NCBI GenBank assembly: GCA_964576435.1
Contig: CAZNUP010000002.1
Location: forward strand, 107,302-171,301
Length of the DNA stretch: 64,000 bases
Direction: 5' to 3'
Source of the DNA: an uncultured Gammaproteobacteria bacterium
GTDB lineage: Bacteria > Patescibacteriota > Microgenomatia > JAMCZE01
Of this stretch, positions 18,667 through 27,329 are shown one piece after another (position 1 is the first letter of the stretch; each line of letters starts with the position of its first letter). Under the pieces are notes generated by a model. It saw nothing but the letters and a program-made list of their open reading frames with translations, did no database searches and was not told where the DNA came from. Both the position numbers and the translations under genes were made by a program.

Positions 18667-19254
18667 TTACTTCTTAATAAATTTGTCGTCACGGTCTGTG
18701 TAGTAACCATTTCTTTTTGTTAAATCTTTCATTTGTTCTTCTAGCCAATCTGAAAAGTCTGAGAGATTTAGGGAGTTTTTATTTAGTGACTTTTTTAGTT
18801 CCTCAGATGGGCTACCGGGATTGATTAATCTTCTTGCTACGACTATATCAAAGTTGTCGCCCACACTACGTTTTAGCTGGTCGCCTTTTTTTGCCATGTC
18901 TGTTAGGTCTAGCCTTTTGTGATTGTAAAATTCTTCAGTTCCGTGCGTTTGTTTTCCAATATCGATTCCGGTTACTTTTGCGCCATAGTATGAGGCTGCT
19001 AGGGCAAATGCTGGTAAGGCCTCCTGTTCAAAAATAAAAGCAGTATCAGCAGTATCTGTCCCACCACAACCTATATCAAGGATTTTTTTATTTTTTATTT
19101 TTGATAGAGAACCATTACCGCCATTTAACTGATCAATTGATTGAAGTGTATTAATTGCAGCCAACCAATTGGAAAATGGAATCTCCAAATCTTCGTAAAT
19201 ATTTGGGATTTCCAAGAAATTTCCAATATCGTCGGACAAGCTAATTTCTGGCAT
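18667..19254 (-). CDS. Putative SAM-dependent methyltransferase-like protein
   Basis: ILDIGCGGTDTAD glycine-rich motif I, followed by acidic motif II-like GIDIG. Confidence 0.35.
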   Translation of the reverse strand: MPEISLSDDIGNFLEIPNIYEDLEIPFSNWLAAINTLQSIDQLNGGNGSLSKIKNKKILDIGCGGTDTADTAFIFEQEALPAFALAASYYGAKVTGIDIGKQTHGTEEFYNHKRLDLTDMAKKGDQLKRSVGDNFDIVVARRLINPGSPSEELKKSLNKNSLNLSDFSDWLEEQMKDLTKRNGYYTDRDDKFIKK

Positions 19255-19301
19255 ACGGTCAAAGTATATATGTTCATCTAAAAATTTGATACGATAAATT
19301 T

Positions 19302-19847
19302 ATGTCTGCCCAAAAAGGATTTACTAAGATCGAGATTTTGATTGTGATTCTACTTGTTGGTGTTTTGATTGGAGTTTTAGTTTATGGATCTGGGACAATT
19401 CAAAAGAGACTTGGCGATGATCAACGGGTGAGATTTATGAAGGAGATTACAGTAGCTTTAGAAACTTATAGGGATGAGTTTGGGCATTATCCATATACAG
19501 GAGACAAGATTCCTAGTGGGACTGTAGTCTCTGGCAATGATAGTTTTAAGTCAATGATGACCGCTCTTGGTCAGGGGGGATTTTTGGAGGTGTCTAAACT
19601 TGTGGATCCCTCTTATGGGTCACTTTTTACGGAATTTGATGGGGTTGACTCATACGGGGATGGAGCCAAATTTAGTGAAGCAAATGGGCGATGTGATGGA
19701 AACAACGTGCTTGTTCAGAAGGTAAATAAGGGAGATGTTTTTTACGCATACTTTAGTCCTGACGGAAGAACTTATGTGATGTGTGTTGGTAAGGAAAATG
19801 GGGAAACTGGCGTATTTGTGAGTCCAAAATTTGACAAGCTTAATTAA
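19302..19847 (+). CDS. Type IV pilin-like / pseudopilin (prepilin N-terminal methylation motif)
   Basis: MSAQKGFTKIEILIVILLVGVLIGVL: G-F-T-x-I-E followed by a hydrophobic helix. Confidence 0.65.
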   Translation: MSAQKGFTKIEILIVILLVGVLIGVLVYGSGTIQKRLGDDQRVRFMKEITVALETYRDEFGHYPYTGDKIPSGTVVSGNDSFKSMMTALGQGGFLEVSKLVDPSYGSLFTEFDGVDSYGDGAKFSEANGRCDGNNVLVQKVNKGDVFYAYFSPDGRTYVMCVGKENGETGVFVSPKFDKLN

Positions 19848-19865
19848 ATTTTAGAAACTGGATAT

Positions 19866-20216
19866 ATGAAGATTGTTAGTTTGCTTTCGATGGTAATGAT
19901 TGTTGGGATTTTAGGGATGGCTGTGTTTTTTGTATCTAATAGACAGACCAGTGTTGGACTGAATGTTAAGGCGTCTCCGAGCGTAACTATTACAGGAACA
20001 GTTGTTTCAAGTGATCCACAAGGGTGCGCGAAGAATTTTTACCTTGGGTGCTATGTGTTATTTGCTTCTAAGGGAGAGAAATATTTCTTAGTTGAAGAAT
20101 CGGTGCCTGTTAATTTGTCCACGTTGGTTGGTAAAGAGGTTCAACTTACGGGGAAGGTCGCTGCACTTAAGGGTAGGGATGTGTTGATGGTTGGATCGGT
20201 GAAGTCTGTCCGCTAA
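19866..20216 (+). CDS. Hypothetical membrane-anchored protein
   Basis: ORF track. N-terminal TM. Confidence 0.35.
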   Translation: MKIVSLLSMVMIVGILGMAVFFVSNRQTSVGLNVKASPSVTITGTVVSSDPQGCAKNFYLGCYVLFASKGEKYFLVEESVPVNLSTLVGKEVQLTGKVAALKGRDVLMVGSVKSVR

Positions 20217-20376
20217 CTTAACTGTTTGTAGTTTACTTTTCTGCTGACTAAATAGCTCTTCCACTAATTCCGTGCTAATAGCTTATCGACATAGTAAAAA
20301 AGTTTTATGGACTTTTATTTCTAAAACTAAAGTTCTATTATTGTAATTAGAAAATATGTTTCTGAGGAGGTGAATT

Positions 20377-20760
20377 ATGACAGGTTTTGTTGGGAACATA
20401 GAGCAATTAACTTTATCCAACAACGACTTCCGACGGGTTTTGTTTACAGGTCAACATGCTCAATTAGTTTTGATGAGTCTTTTACCCAACGAAGAGATTG
20501 GTCTAGAGGTTCATGAAATCGTGGACCAGTTTTTAAGGATTGAGAAGGGGAAAGCTAAAGTTATTATGAATGATGAAGAGTATGTTGTTAATGATGGCGA
20601 TGCGTTTTTAGTTCCTGCCGGGACAAAACATAACGTCGTTAATCTTTCTAATACGGAAACGTTGAAGCTCTATACAGTTTATTCACCGCCTCATCACAGA
20701 GATGATACAGTTCACAAAACTAAGGGTGATGCGGAAATTGATAAGGCGGACCATCTCTAG
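20377..20760 (+). CDS. Cupin-domain protein
   Basis: G(x)5HxH-like EVHEI... and later P-G-x2-H-x3-N (PAGTKHNVVN). Strong SD GAGGAGGTG 5 nt upstream of the ATG. Confidence 0.6.
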   Translation: MTGFVGNIEQLTLSNNDFRRVLFTGQHAQLVLMSLLPNEEIGLEVHEIVDQFLRIEKGKAKVIMNDEEYVVNDGDAFLVPAGTKHNVVNLSNTETLKLYTVYSPPHHRDDTVHKTKGDAEIDKADHL

Positions 20761-20763
20761 TTC

Positions 20764-21234
20764 TTAGTTAAGAAGGACAATTGCTAAATTAAGAATGCTT
20801 GCAAAGCTTACCCACAACAGGTAGGGGATGAGGAGAAGAGATGCGGTTTTAGATATAGGGCGAAATTTTTTGATTGTAAAAAAAATGGCTAGCCATAGAA
20901 TAAAAATTTCTATGAGCGCTAATGTCGGTAAATGAAGATAGAAAAATAGAAATGACCATAAAAAGTTAAGAAGAAGTTGAATGCCAAAGAAAGTTATAGC
21001 CACCCTGGTTTTTTTAGTTTGTTTTTCTCTCCAAACAAGGAAAAGTGAGATCCCCATTAAAGAATAAAGTAATAGCCATACTGGACCAAATATCCAATTA
21101 GGAGGATTAAATGAAGGTTTCGTTAAAGCTTGATACCATGAATTTATCGAGGGAGTGGTGATTACAGAACCAGCAAAAGCGACCAAAAAACAAAAGCTAA
21201 GAGAAATGACCAGTTTTAACCATGATGATTTCAT
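20764..21234 (-). CDS. tspO: TspO/MBR tryptophan-rich sensory protein
   Basis: WYQALTKPSFNPPNWIFGPVWLLLYSLMG; five TM helices, Trp-rich. Confidence 0.75.
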   Translation of the reverse strand: MKSSWLKLVISLSFCFLVAFAGSVITTPSINSWYQALTKPSFNPPNWIFGPVWLLLYSLMGISLFLVWREKQTKKTRVAITFFGIQLLLNFLWSFLFFYLHLPTLALIEIFILWLAIFFTIKKFRPISKTASLLLIPYLLWVSFASILNLAIVLLN

Positions 21235-21489
21235 TAATATTTAGTATAACATTAAAAATATCTATTATTTCTGCACTATGATAAACGGGCCTAGTGAGTT
21301 GTTAAACATTCAAAGAGCTGCTGCATATTATTTATTTCCAGGTTATCGAGAAAAGATTCAGAAACACGGGTTTTTAGGAATTAAATTAGTAGACCCTAAA
21401 TTGTTATAAAAAATTAGTCAAAAAGTTTTATTTTTGGACGCATGATTTTGGGGCATTTTATGCTAAATATTAGCTATTTATAAGAATTT

Positions 21490-21515
21490 AAAACTCCGGC
21501 TTATGCCGGAGTTTT
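21490..21515. terminator. Hairpin terminator downstream of hsp20 (minus), possibly bidirectional
   Basis: aaaaCTCCGGCttatGCCGGAGtttt. Confidence 0.5.
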
Positions 21516-21529
21516 GGAATAGATCCAGT

Positions 21530-21940
21530 TCAACTTGTCTTTACTAAAATTTCCTTCGGCTTTTCCTCGGGAACCTTGTCAAAAGAGACTTCAATCATGC
21601 CATTTTTAAATTTTGCTGACGGATCTTTGGACAAGTTGATTTCGCCAGGAACAGCAATTTTATAATAGTAGTTTTGATATGACTTTTGATAATATTTCTT
21701 ATCTTTGTCTTCTTCTTGCTCTTCGGCGGCAATTGTCAAAACGCCTTTGTGAAATGTGACTTTAACTTTTGAAGGGTCAATTCCAGCAACGTTGGCATTA
21801 ACAACAACTGAATCGTCGGTTTCATAGACGTCTAGTGATTGGCTGGAACCTGAGAAATCCTCATCCAGAAGACTTGGCCAGCGAAGAATGCTTGGCATTT
21901 GAGAAAAAGGCTCGTATCTGATTATAGCCATTTTTGTCAC
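21530..21940 (-). CDS. Hsp20/alpha-crystallin family small heat-shock protein
   Basis: DVYETDDSVVVNANVAGIDPSKVKV...GVLTI: alpha-crystallin domain. Confidence 0.8.
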   Translation of the reverse strand: MTKMAIIRYEPFSQMPSILRWPSLLDEDFSGSSQSLDVYETDDSVVVNANVAGIDPSKVKVTFHKGVLTIAAEEQEEDKDKKYYQKSYQNYYYKIAVPGEINLSKDPSAKFKNGMIEVSFDKVPEEKPKEILVKTS

Positions 21941-21997
21941 CTCCTTTCAAAATTTATTAGCACTGTTGTATCACGAGTGCTAATTTATGTCAAGGGG

Positions 21998-23683
21998 TTA
22001 TATGCTTTTACTTCTGAGGATTGAAATTAACAGCAAAAAGGTGAGGACGAGGGATAGGATGAAGCCGATTGCTGCAAATGTTGGAATGCCATAAAGTTTT
22101 GATGTGTCGACATCTCGCAGCAGAAGGGAAGTGCCAAGGATTACCGACGATAAAAGAAGTGCATATATTATTCTGTTTGAAATCGTTTCAAGCTTTTTGA
22201 AAATGTAGTCAATGTGTAATCTTAAATCAGATAGGTTAGCGTTGACTGTGAATTTGCCTTGTTGCAAAAGTTGAAGCAGGCTTCTTAGTTCTCCCGGAAA
22301 CTCTTTAATCAAGTTGATGGCATCACTTGATGACATGTATAGTTCTTTGGCGAAATTGACTGGCGAGAGATTTTTTTGAATTAGGGTTGTTGCATATTTT
22401 TTCGCGTTGGTGGCAAGTTCAAAATCCGGATTTAGGTGTCTGCCGATGCCCTCAAAGCTGGTGACGGTTTTGATTAGAAGATAGATATTAGAGGGAAGAC
22501 TTATATTATATTTATTGAGAAATCCTAGAATGTTTGTCAGCAACTCGCTAATTTTTATGTCTTTCAGGTTTTTGTCGTAATAGGTGGCCATGAGACTGGC
22601 TACATCAAACTCAAGGTAATTTGCGTCAATAACGGTGTCTTTTGCTGTCATGTTTTGTATTATTCTGGTGATTTTTTGGGCGTTTTGTTGCGAAAAAGCG
22701 ATGACAAGTTCATTGAAATTTTTTTGTTGTTTGGCTGTCATGTAGCCCATGAGCCCAAAGTCAATAAAGCATATTCTTCCATCTGCAAGGAGCAAGATGT
22801 TTCCGGGGTGGGCGTCACCATGGAAGAAGTTGTGTTCAAATATTTGTCTGAAGCCAACCTCAAGTAAGTCATCCGCGACTTTGACGGGATCGAAACCAGC
22901 TCTGATTATTTTTTCTTTGTCAGTTATTTTGATGCCCTCAACAAAGTCCATAACAAGAACTTTTCGAGTGCTAAAGTCGGGGTAGACAGTTGGAACATAG
23001 ACCTTTTTTTCTTGCTTGAAGTTGCTTTTGAAACGCAGAATGTTTCTTTCTTCATTTTTAAGATCCACTTCTTTTTCAAGTTCTTGGCGGAGTTCCTTGA
23101 TGGGGTTTCTGTCTTTGAATTGTTTTTTAAACTTAGTGAATTTTGAGATGTGACTTGAGGCATAAACTAGGACGTCAAAGTCTATTTTTATTTGTTCTTC
23201 AATATCAGGGCGCTGGATTTTTATAACAACAGGCGTGAGGTCGGCAAGCACTGCCCGGTGGACTTGTGCAATTGACCCGGAGGCTAGGGGCTCTGGGTCA
23301 AACATAAGAAAGACGTCTTTTAATTTGCAGTCTAATTCTGTTTCAATAATTTCGACTGCCTGTTCGGACGAGAATGGGGGAATGTTGTCCTGAAGTTTTT
23401 CGAGTTCTTTAATAATATCTTCAGGAAGAAGATCGGGGCGGTTACTTAAAAGTTGACCAATTTTAACAAATGCCCCACCCATGTCTTCAAGAGCTAGTCT
23501 GATTCTTTCTCCTCTGGTCAGAGTGGTGATGGGATCTTTCTTGAGTTTAAATCTGTTTATCAGGGGGATGCCTTGAAATCGTTTAATGCTTAAGACTTCA
23601 TCAAAACCGTATTTGCTGATGGTTGATAGGAGAAGTTTGTACCTGTTTCGATGTGCTCGTCCTAGTAAATGAAGGCTGTCCAT
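21998..23683 (-). CDS. ubiB: UbiB/ABC1 family atypical protein kinase
   Basis: MGGAFVKIGQLLSNRPDLLPEDIIKELEKLQD. Kinase core HGDAHPGNIL, DFG. Two C-terminal TM helices. Confidence 0.8.
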   Translation of the reverse strand: MDSLHLLGRAHRNRYKLLLSTISKYGFDEVLSIKRFQGIPLINRFKLKKDPITTLTRGERIRLALEDMGGAFVKIGQLLSNRPDLLPEDIIKELEKLQDNIPPFSSEQAVEIIETELDCKLKDVFLMFDPEPLASGSIAQVHRAVLADLTPVVIKIQRPDIEEQIKIDFDVLVYASSHISKFTKFKKQFKDRNPIKELRQELEKEVDLKNEERNILRFKSNFKQEKKVYVPTVYPDFSTRKVLVMDFVEGIKITDKEKIIRAGFDPVKVADDLLEVGFRQIFEHNFFHGDAHPGNILLLADGRICFIDFGLMGYMTAKQQKNFNELVIAFSQQNAQKITRIIQNMTAKDTVIDANYLEFDVASLMATYYDKNLKDIKISELLTNILGFLNKYNISLPSNIYLLIKTVTSFEGIGRHLNPDFELATNAKKYATTLIQKNLSPVNFAKELYMSSSDAINLIKEFPGELRSLLQLLQQGKFTVNANLSDLRLHIDYIFKKLETISNRIIYALLLSSVILGTSLLLRDVDTSKLYGIPTFAAIGFILSLVLTFLLLISILRSKSI

Positions 23684-23706
23684 TTTTATATATTTTGGAC
23701 AGTTAT

Positions 23707-24033
23707 TTAGATCGCCTTGGTCTTTTTGGTGGCGGATTTAGGAGTGGGGTCTTTGTCGATATCAGATTCCTTAATTATTAACACTTCTAGATCTTTTTTA
23801 GTGACAATATCCATTTCGTCGAGTGATTCTTTAACCAAGGTTTTGATTTTTGCGTTCAGCTTTGCTTTAGATTCTTCAGATTGGAGAAGGAGGTCGTCGA
23901 CGAGCTTTTTGCCCTCATCTTCGGATAGTTTGCTTTCCTCAGCGATTTTTTTGCCAATGCGTCTTATAGAATTAGCACTCATGGCGGCGAGGCCGAGACT
24001 GACAAAGGCTGACTTTTTTACAAGTTCTAACAT
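23707..24033 (-). CDS. Phasin-like coiled-coil protein (PHA-granule/regulator-like, COG3937-like)
   Basis: LVKKSAFVSLGLAAMSANSIRRI...EEGKKLVDDLL: pattern typical of small phasin-like proteins. Confidence 0.4.
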   Translation of the reverse strand: MLELVKKSAFVSLGLAAMSANSIRRIGKKIAEESKLSEDEGKKLVDDLLLQSEESKAKLNAKIKTLVKESLDEMDIVTKKDLEVLIIKESDIDKDPTPKSATKKTKAI

Positions 24034-24167
24034 AAGGTTATGGGTACTATAACATAGTTAAGTGTAGAGTCAAGTTATAGGATGATTTCAAAGCCCTGAT
24101 GGAAGTTTACCCCGATATCCATCGGGGACGTTTGAACTTTTTATGCTCAAAATTCATAAATGGTCTA

Positions 24168-24202
24168 TTGACAAGTGTTTTTGCTAATGGTGATATTAAT
24201 AT
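24168..24202 (+). promoter_or_regulatory. Candidate sigma-70 promoter for ORF 24203 (TTGACA-17-TGATAT). It ends 6 nt before the ATG, so the mRNA would be leaderless.
   Basis: ttgacaagtgtttttgctaatggtgatattaatatATG. Confidence 0.3.
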
Positions 24203-24544
24203 ATGTTCGATCCAGTTAAAAACGCAAAGGTTGTTGGATTCTTAATTGTTTTATTAACATTGCTTGGGGTTGCTGCAATTTATGGTTTTGGTGAGGGAGT
24301 ATCGTTTACACCTTTAGCAATCGTACTTACTTTGGCTAGTTTAGTAGTTGCCTATGGTTTGATTAAAACTAAGTTATGGGGAGTTTATGGCCTTGGATTA
24401 TTGGGATTAATTTCGTTAGTGCAAATGCTAATATCATTTTCTTCAGGAGAACAGGTAACAGTTGGTTCATGGGTGACATTAGCTTTTTATGCAGCGTTAT
24501 TTTTTTGGTTCTTCTCTTCAAGAAACAAATTTTCAAAGAAGTAG
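24203..24544 (+). CDS. Hypothetical small membrane protein (3-4 TM)
   Basis: ORF track. Hydrophobic throughout. Confidence 0.4.
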   Translation: MFDPVKNAKVVGFLIVLLTLLGVAAIYGFGEGVSFTPLAIVLTLASLVVAYGLIKTKLWGVYGLGLLGLISLVQMLISFSSGEQVTVGSWVTLAFYAALFFWFFSSRNKFSKK

Positions 24545-24584
24545 TTTCTAGGTGCTGTAATTTGTTCAATATAACTTTGCAGGG

Positions 24585-24640
24585 GCGGGTGCGTGGCGCG
24601 CCGCCAAATCCCGTTCCTCTTTCTCTTCAAGTGCAGGAAG
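24585..24640 (+). repeat. Short GC-rich copy of the 3' part of repeat B' (see 28712..28827)
   Basis: gggcgggtgcgtGGCGCGCCGCCaaatcccgttcctctttctcttcaaGTGCAG. Compare gcgcgcggatcGCCGCCccttcttgtgagtctgtgtctctctGTGCAG at 28775-28826 and the tRNA-Tyr copy. Confidence 0.4.
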
Positions 24641-24688
24641 CCGTAAGTGATGTTAAAACTTTTTACGTTTAAAAAAGTTCAAGTTATA

Positions 24689-25426
24689 TTAACTACTTAA
24701 AGATTTGAAAAATCTGGCCCAATCATAAGCGATCAGTGGAACTAAAAACGGAAGTGAGTTGAGGATTATATGAGCGCTGATTGGATAAAAGATATTTTTT
24801 GTTTTTAAATAGATCCATCCAAGAAATAAACCTAAAACAAATGTATTAATTATAAGTACAGGATAAACATGTCCCAGTGCAAACAGGCATGAGCTAATAA
24901 CTAGTCCTGGAATTATTCCCAGCTTTGCTTTGAAGCTGTTTAAAAGTATCCCCCTTGCGAAAAGCTCCTCGATAATCGGAACTAAAAAAACAATCGTTAT
25001 TAAAGAAATAATATATTGGCTCCAGGTGTTACCTGTTCCCAGACTAAGGTATTTGGTTTGCTCATTAAATGCAGATGTTTGGTTTACGGAGTTAAATATA
25101 AGCCCTGATACAGCTGTCGCAATTAGACTGATAAGAATAACAATTGGAATAATTATTAGAATAATTTTAAAGTTGAATCTTTTGTGATTTAGTTTGGCAA
25201 ATGTTTTTTTAATGTAAAGATTAAAAATAATTATTAATAGACTAAGACTTACTAGGTTTTGGAGTAAAAAAATTATTTCCGGATAAACTTTTGGGTTAAG
25301 GAGAGTTGTTACTTTGCCGATGAGGAAGAAAGAAAATAATTGAGCCAGAAAATAAATAATGATTTTCCTTAAAAGAGGTTTATTGAAAGGTTTGTCTGGA
25401 TCGAAAGTTTCCGAGGTTTTTAACAT
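24689..25426 (-). CDS. CPBP (CAAX) family intramembrane metalloprotease
   Basis: EELFARG (EExxxR) and FALGH (FxxxH) motifs; multi-TM. Confidence 0.7.
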   Translation of the reverse strand: MLKTSETFDPDKPFNKPLLRKIIIYFLAQLFSFFLIGKVTTLLNPKVYPEIIFLLQNLVSLSLLIIIFNLYIKKTFAKLNHKRFNFKIILIIIPIVILISLIATAVSGLIFNSVNQTSAFNEQTKYLSLGTGNTWSQYIISLITIVFLVPIIEELFARGILLNSFKAKLGIIPGLVISSCLFALGHVYPVLIINTFVLGLFLGWIYLKTKNIFYPISAHIILNSLPFLVPLIAYDWARFFKSLSS

Positions 25427-25499
25427 TAGATTAGTTTATCAAAATTCGACTCATGTCAGAGGAGAAGACGATTAATAGAGTAGTAATACTGGAGAATTT

Positions 25500-25613
25500 A
25501 TGCAGAGGTTTACCAACAAATTCGAACGTGTTTTCGTAGAAAATGTCTTTATGTTGGCTCGCTCCGCTCGCCTCTATCTTAGTGTCGACCCGCTGCGGCG
25601 GGGGCCTCCGCTT
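25500..25613 (+). repeat. Repeat A, left arm of inverted-repeat pair A/A' (about 113 bp, GC-rich)
   Basis: The reverse complement at 27045..27156 matches with a handful of mismatches and one 2-nt indel, as read by eye. Confidence 0.6.
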
Positions 25614-25763
25614 TAACGAATTTTTTGCGCGCGCGACACAGCACAGGAGCTTCCCGGCCAATTTGGGCGAAATTGGCCGCAATCGGCCGGAATGGTGGTA
25701 TTCGGCCGCTTGGGTTCATTGTGTGATTGCACAACAGGGATTTTGGTTTAGTGAAGTCATGTT

Positions 25764-25813
25764 AGCATAGTGCTATGCTGTAATGCGAGTATTCGTTCCA
25801 CAAATGTTATAAT
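25764..25813 (+). promoter_or_regulatory. Perfect palindrome AGCATAGtgCTATGCT (25764-25779), a candidate operator, plus an extended -10 TGtTATAAT (25805-25813) 9 nt before the ATG of ORF 25823
   Basis: Read directly from the sequence. Upstream are GC-rich hairpins: CGGCCAATTTgggcgAAATTGGCCG and CGGCCGGAAT...ATTCGGCCG. Confidence 0.35.
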
Positions 25814-25822
25814 TGAAGCGTT

Positions 25823-26227
25823 ATGGCAACACCTGAAGAAAAGCTACTTAATTGGGCTAGGGAAAGGGAAGCTAATCCTCCTTCTCCATCTGTTCCAAAA
25901 CCTCCACTTGGTCAAGCCAAGGACGTTTTGATGCATTTTTTGGGAGGCTCGATTGGTTCCAGGAAGGTTACTTTAAGCGAAGGAAAGCCAACTTCAAAGA
26001 CTGCGGATGAGTTGAGGACAGAATTAAAAGAGGCACTTGGAGAATTTGACACGACAACTTTACCGGAAGATCGAGCTAGACAATATCAACAGATTGTTGG
26101 AGAACTAGATGGAAATCTGGATGATTTAACTCATTTGAATTTGATTGTAAAACACTATCACAATTTTGCCGCAGATCGTCCCCTGGATGCTCCTGAAATT
26201 AAAAAAGTGCGAAGAAAGCAAAAATAA
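25823..26227 (+). CDS. Hypothetical protein (134 aa), cargo of the A/A' segment
   Basis: ORF track. No family recognised by eye. Confidence 0.4.
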   Translation: MATPEEKLLNWAREREANPPSPSVPKPPLGQAKDVLMHFLGGSIGSRKVTLSEGKPTSKTADELRTELKEALGEFDTTTLPEDRARQYQQIVGELDGNLDDLTHLNLIVKHYHNFAADRPLDAPEIKKVRRKQK

Positions 26228-26237
26228 TATGTATTTC

Positions 26238-26903
26238 TCATGTTGTCACTTTTCTAGCGCGGTATGCTTCAATTCGTTTTGGAAGATCGTATAAATATTC
26301 GAGCAAGTAGTCTAGAAATTCAGTAATGTCGTTTGCGTCTTTAGGGTCGACACCGGAATCATTTGGGTCAGAGTGAGTTGCCTCATTCCCCAACAATCTA
26401 ACTTCATTGGACCAGTCAATCATTAGTGGGGGTAATAAACCCTGTTTTCCTAGATATTCAATTTCCTCCAAAAGATTTGCGCCTTTTGCCTTTTTATCTC
26501 GAAGCGCTGATTGCATCGAACTACGTGCCATTACCGAAGCTGCATCCCAATTCTCGTCAGTGAGGGATTTATGAGCTTGTAGCCAGTTTCTGCCAACGGC
26601 CGGTGGCCAGTGATCGGGGGATTTCGTGTATTTTAATGGAAAAGGAAGGACGCGATAATCATGGAGACTGTGACTACCACTGTATTCGCTTGATGACCAT
26701 AACACCATCACATAGCCAGCACAATTGCCGCATTTTAATGTGTCAAAATTAAGAACCTTACGGTTATTTGATTTTTTCTTTTCAGAATGATGTGCTGTTG
26801 AAAAATTACCTCTTTCCCCACAGAATGCGCATTCAATTCGATATATTGCAAGCGAGTCACCGGATTCTCCAATATGTTCACCGAGATCCCACCAACTGTT
26901 CAT
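26238..26903 (-). CDS. Zinc-ribbon protein with a C-terminal DUF4145-like domain, cargo of the A/A' segment
   Basis: CAFCGERGNF...CGNCAGY Cys pairs at the N-terminus. C-terminal LLGNEATH...LLEYLYDLP fits the DUF4145 GNxxAH pattern as recalled. Confidence 0.45.
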   Translation of the reverse strand: MNSWWDLGEHIGESGDSLAIYRIECAFCGERGNFSTAHHSEKKKSNNRKVLNFDTLKCGNCAGYVMVLWSSSEYSGSHSLHDYRVLPFPLKYTKSPDHWPPAVGRNWLQAHKSLTDENWDAASVMARSSMQSALRDKKAKGANLLEEIEYLGKQGLLPPLMIDWSNEVRLLGNEATHSDPNDSGVDPKDANDITEFLDYLLEYLYDLPKRIEAYRARKVTT

Positions 26904-27044
26904 AGCGGCATTTTACCAGAATTTTTGTGTCGGTTTGTATTGTTTTGTCTTCTTGAAAACTTCTTGACTTAAGACGACACTGAAAAAAAATCGCGAAAAT
27001 TTTTGCGTTTTCTTTCACACACAGGATTCGAGCCGACCTTTTTC

Positions 27045-27156
27045 AAAGCGGAGGCCCGCCGCAGCGGGCCGACACTAAGATGACGGCGAGCGGAGCGAGC
27101 CAACATAAAGACATTTTCTACGAAAACACGTTCGAATTTGTTGGTAAACCTCTGCA
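27045..27156 (-). repeat. Repeat A', right arm, inverted copy of A. Similarity to the tRNA-Tyr locus copy extends left to about 27020.
   Basis: Reverse complement of 25500..25613. 27022-27038 cgagccgaccttttt is the reverse complement of aaaaaggtcggctcg found in B' and at 40878. Confidence 0.6.
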
Positions 27157-27257
27157 CAGAGAGACACAGACTCACAAGAAGGGGCGGCGATCCGCGCGCC
27201 CGCAACCGCGCGGAGCGCCGCAAAGGGCTGTTTCAAAACCGCGCTGAGCTGCCGATT
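27152..27257 (+). repeat. Repeat B, left arm of pair B/B'. It overlaps the end of A' by 5 nt (ctgca).
   Basis: ctgcacagagagacacagactcacaagaaggggcggcgatccgcgcgcccgcaaccgcgcggagcgccgcaaagggctgtttcaaaaccgcgctgagctgccgatt. Its reverse complement lies at 28712..28827. Confidence 0.6.
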
Positions 27258-27329
27258 AGAAAATTAAAAAGCAGGAAAGAAAACGCAAAAATTTATTTAG
27301 GAACAGGAAAGTTACTCAAAACTGCACAA

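Noticed and set aside
21235-21489. About 255 bp AT-rich non-coding stretch, considered as possible ncRNA or pseudogene
   Set aside because: No conserved structure, promoter or ORF remnant recognisable. Likely ordinary intergenic spacer between convergent genes.
23717-24052. 111-aa plus-strand ORF overlapping the phasin-like gene
   Set aside because: Ser/Leu-rich antisense frame of a Lys/Glu-rich coiled-coil gene. Spurious.
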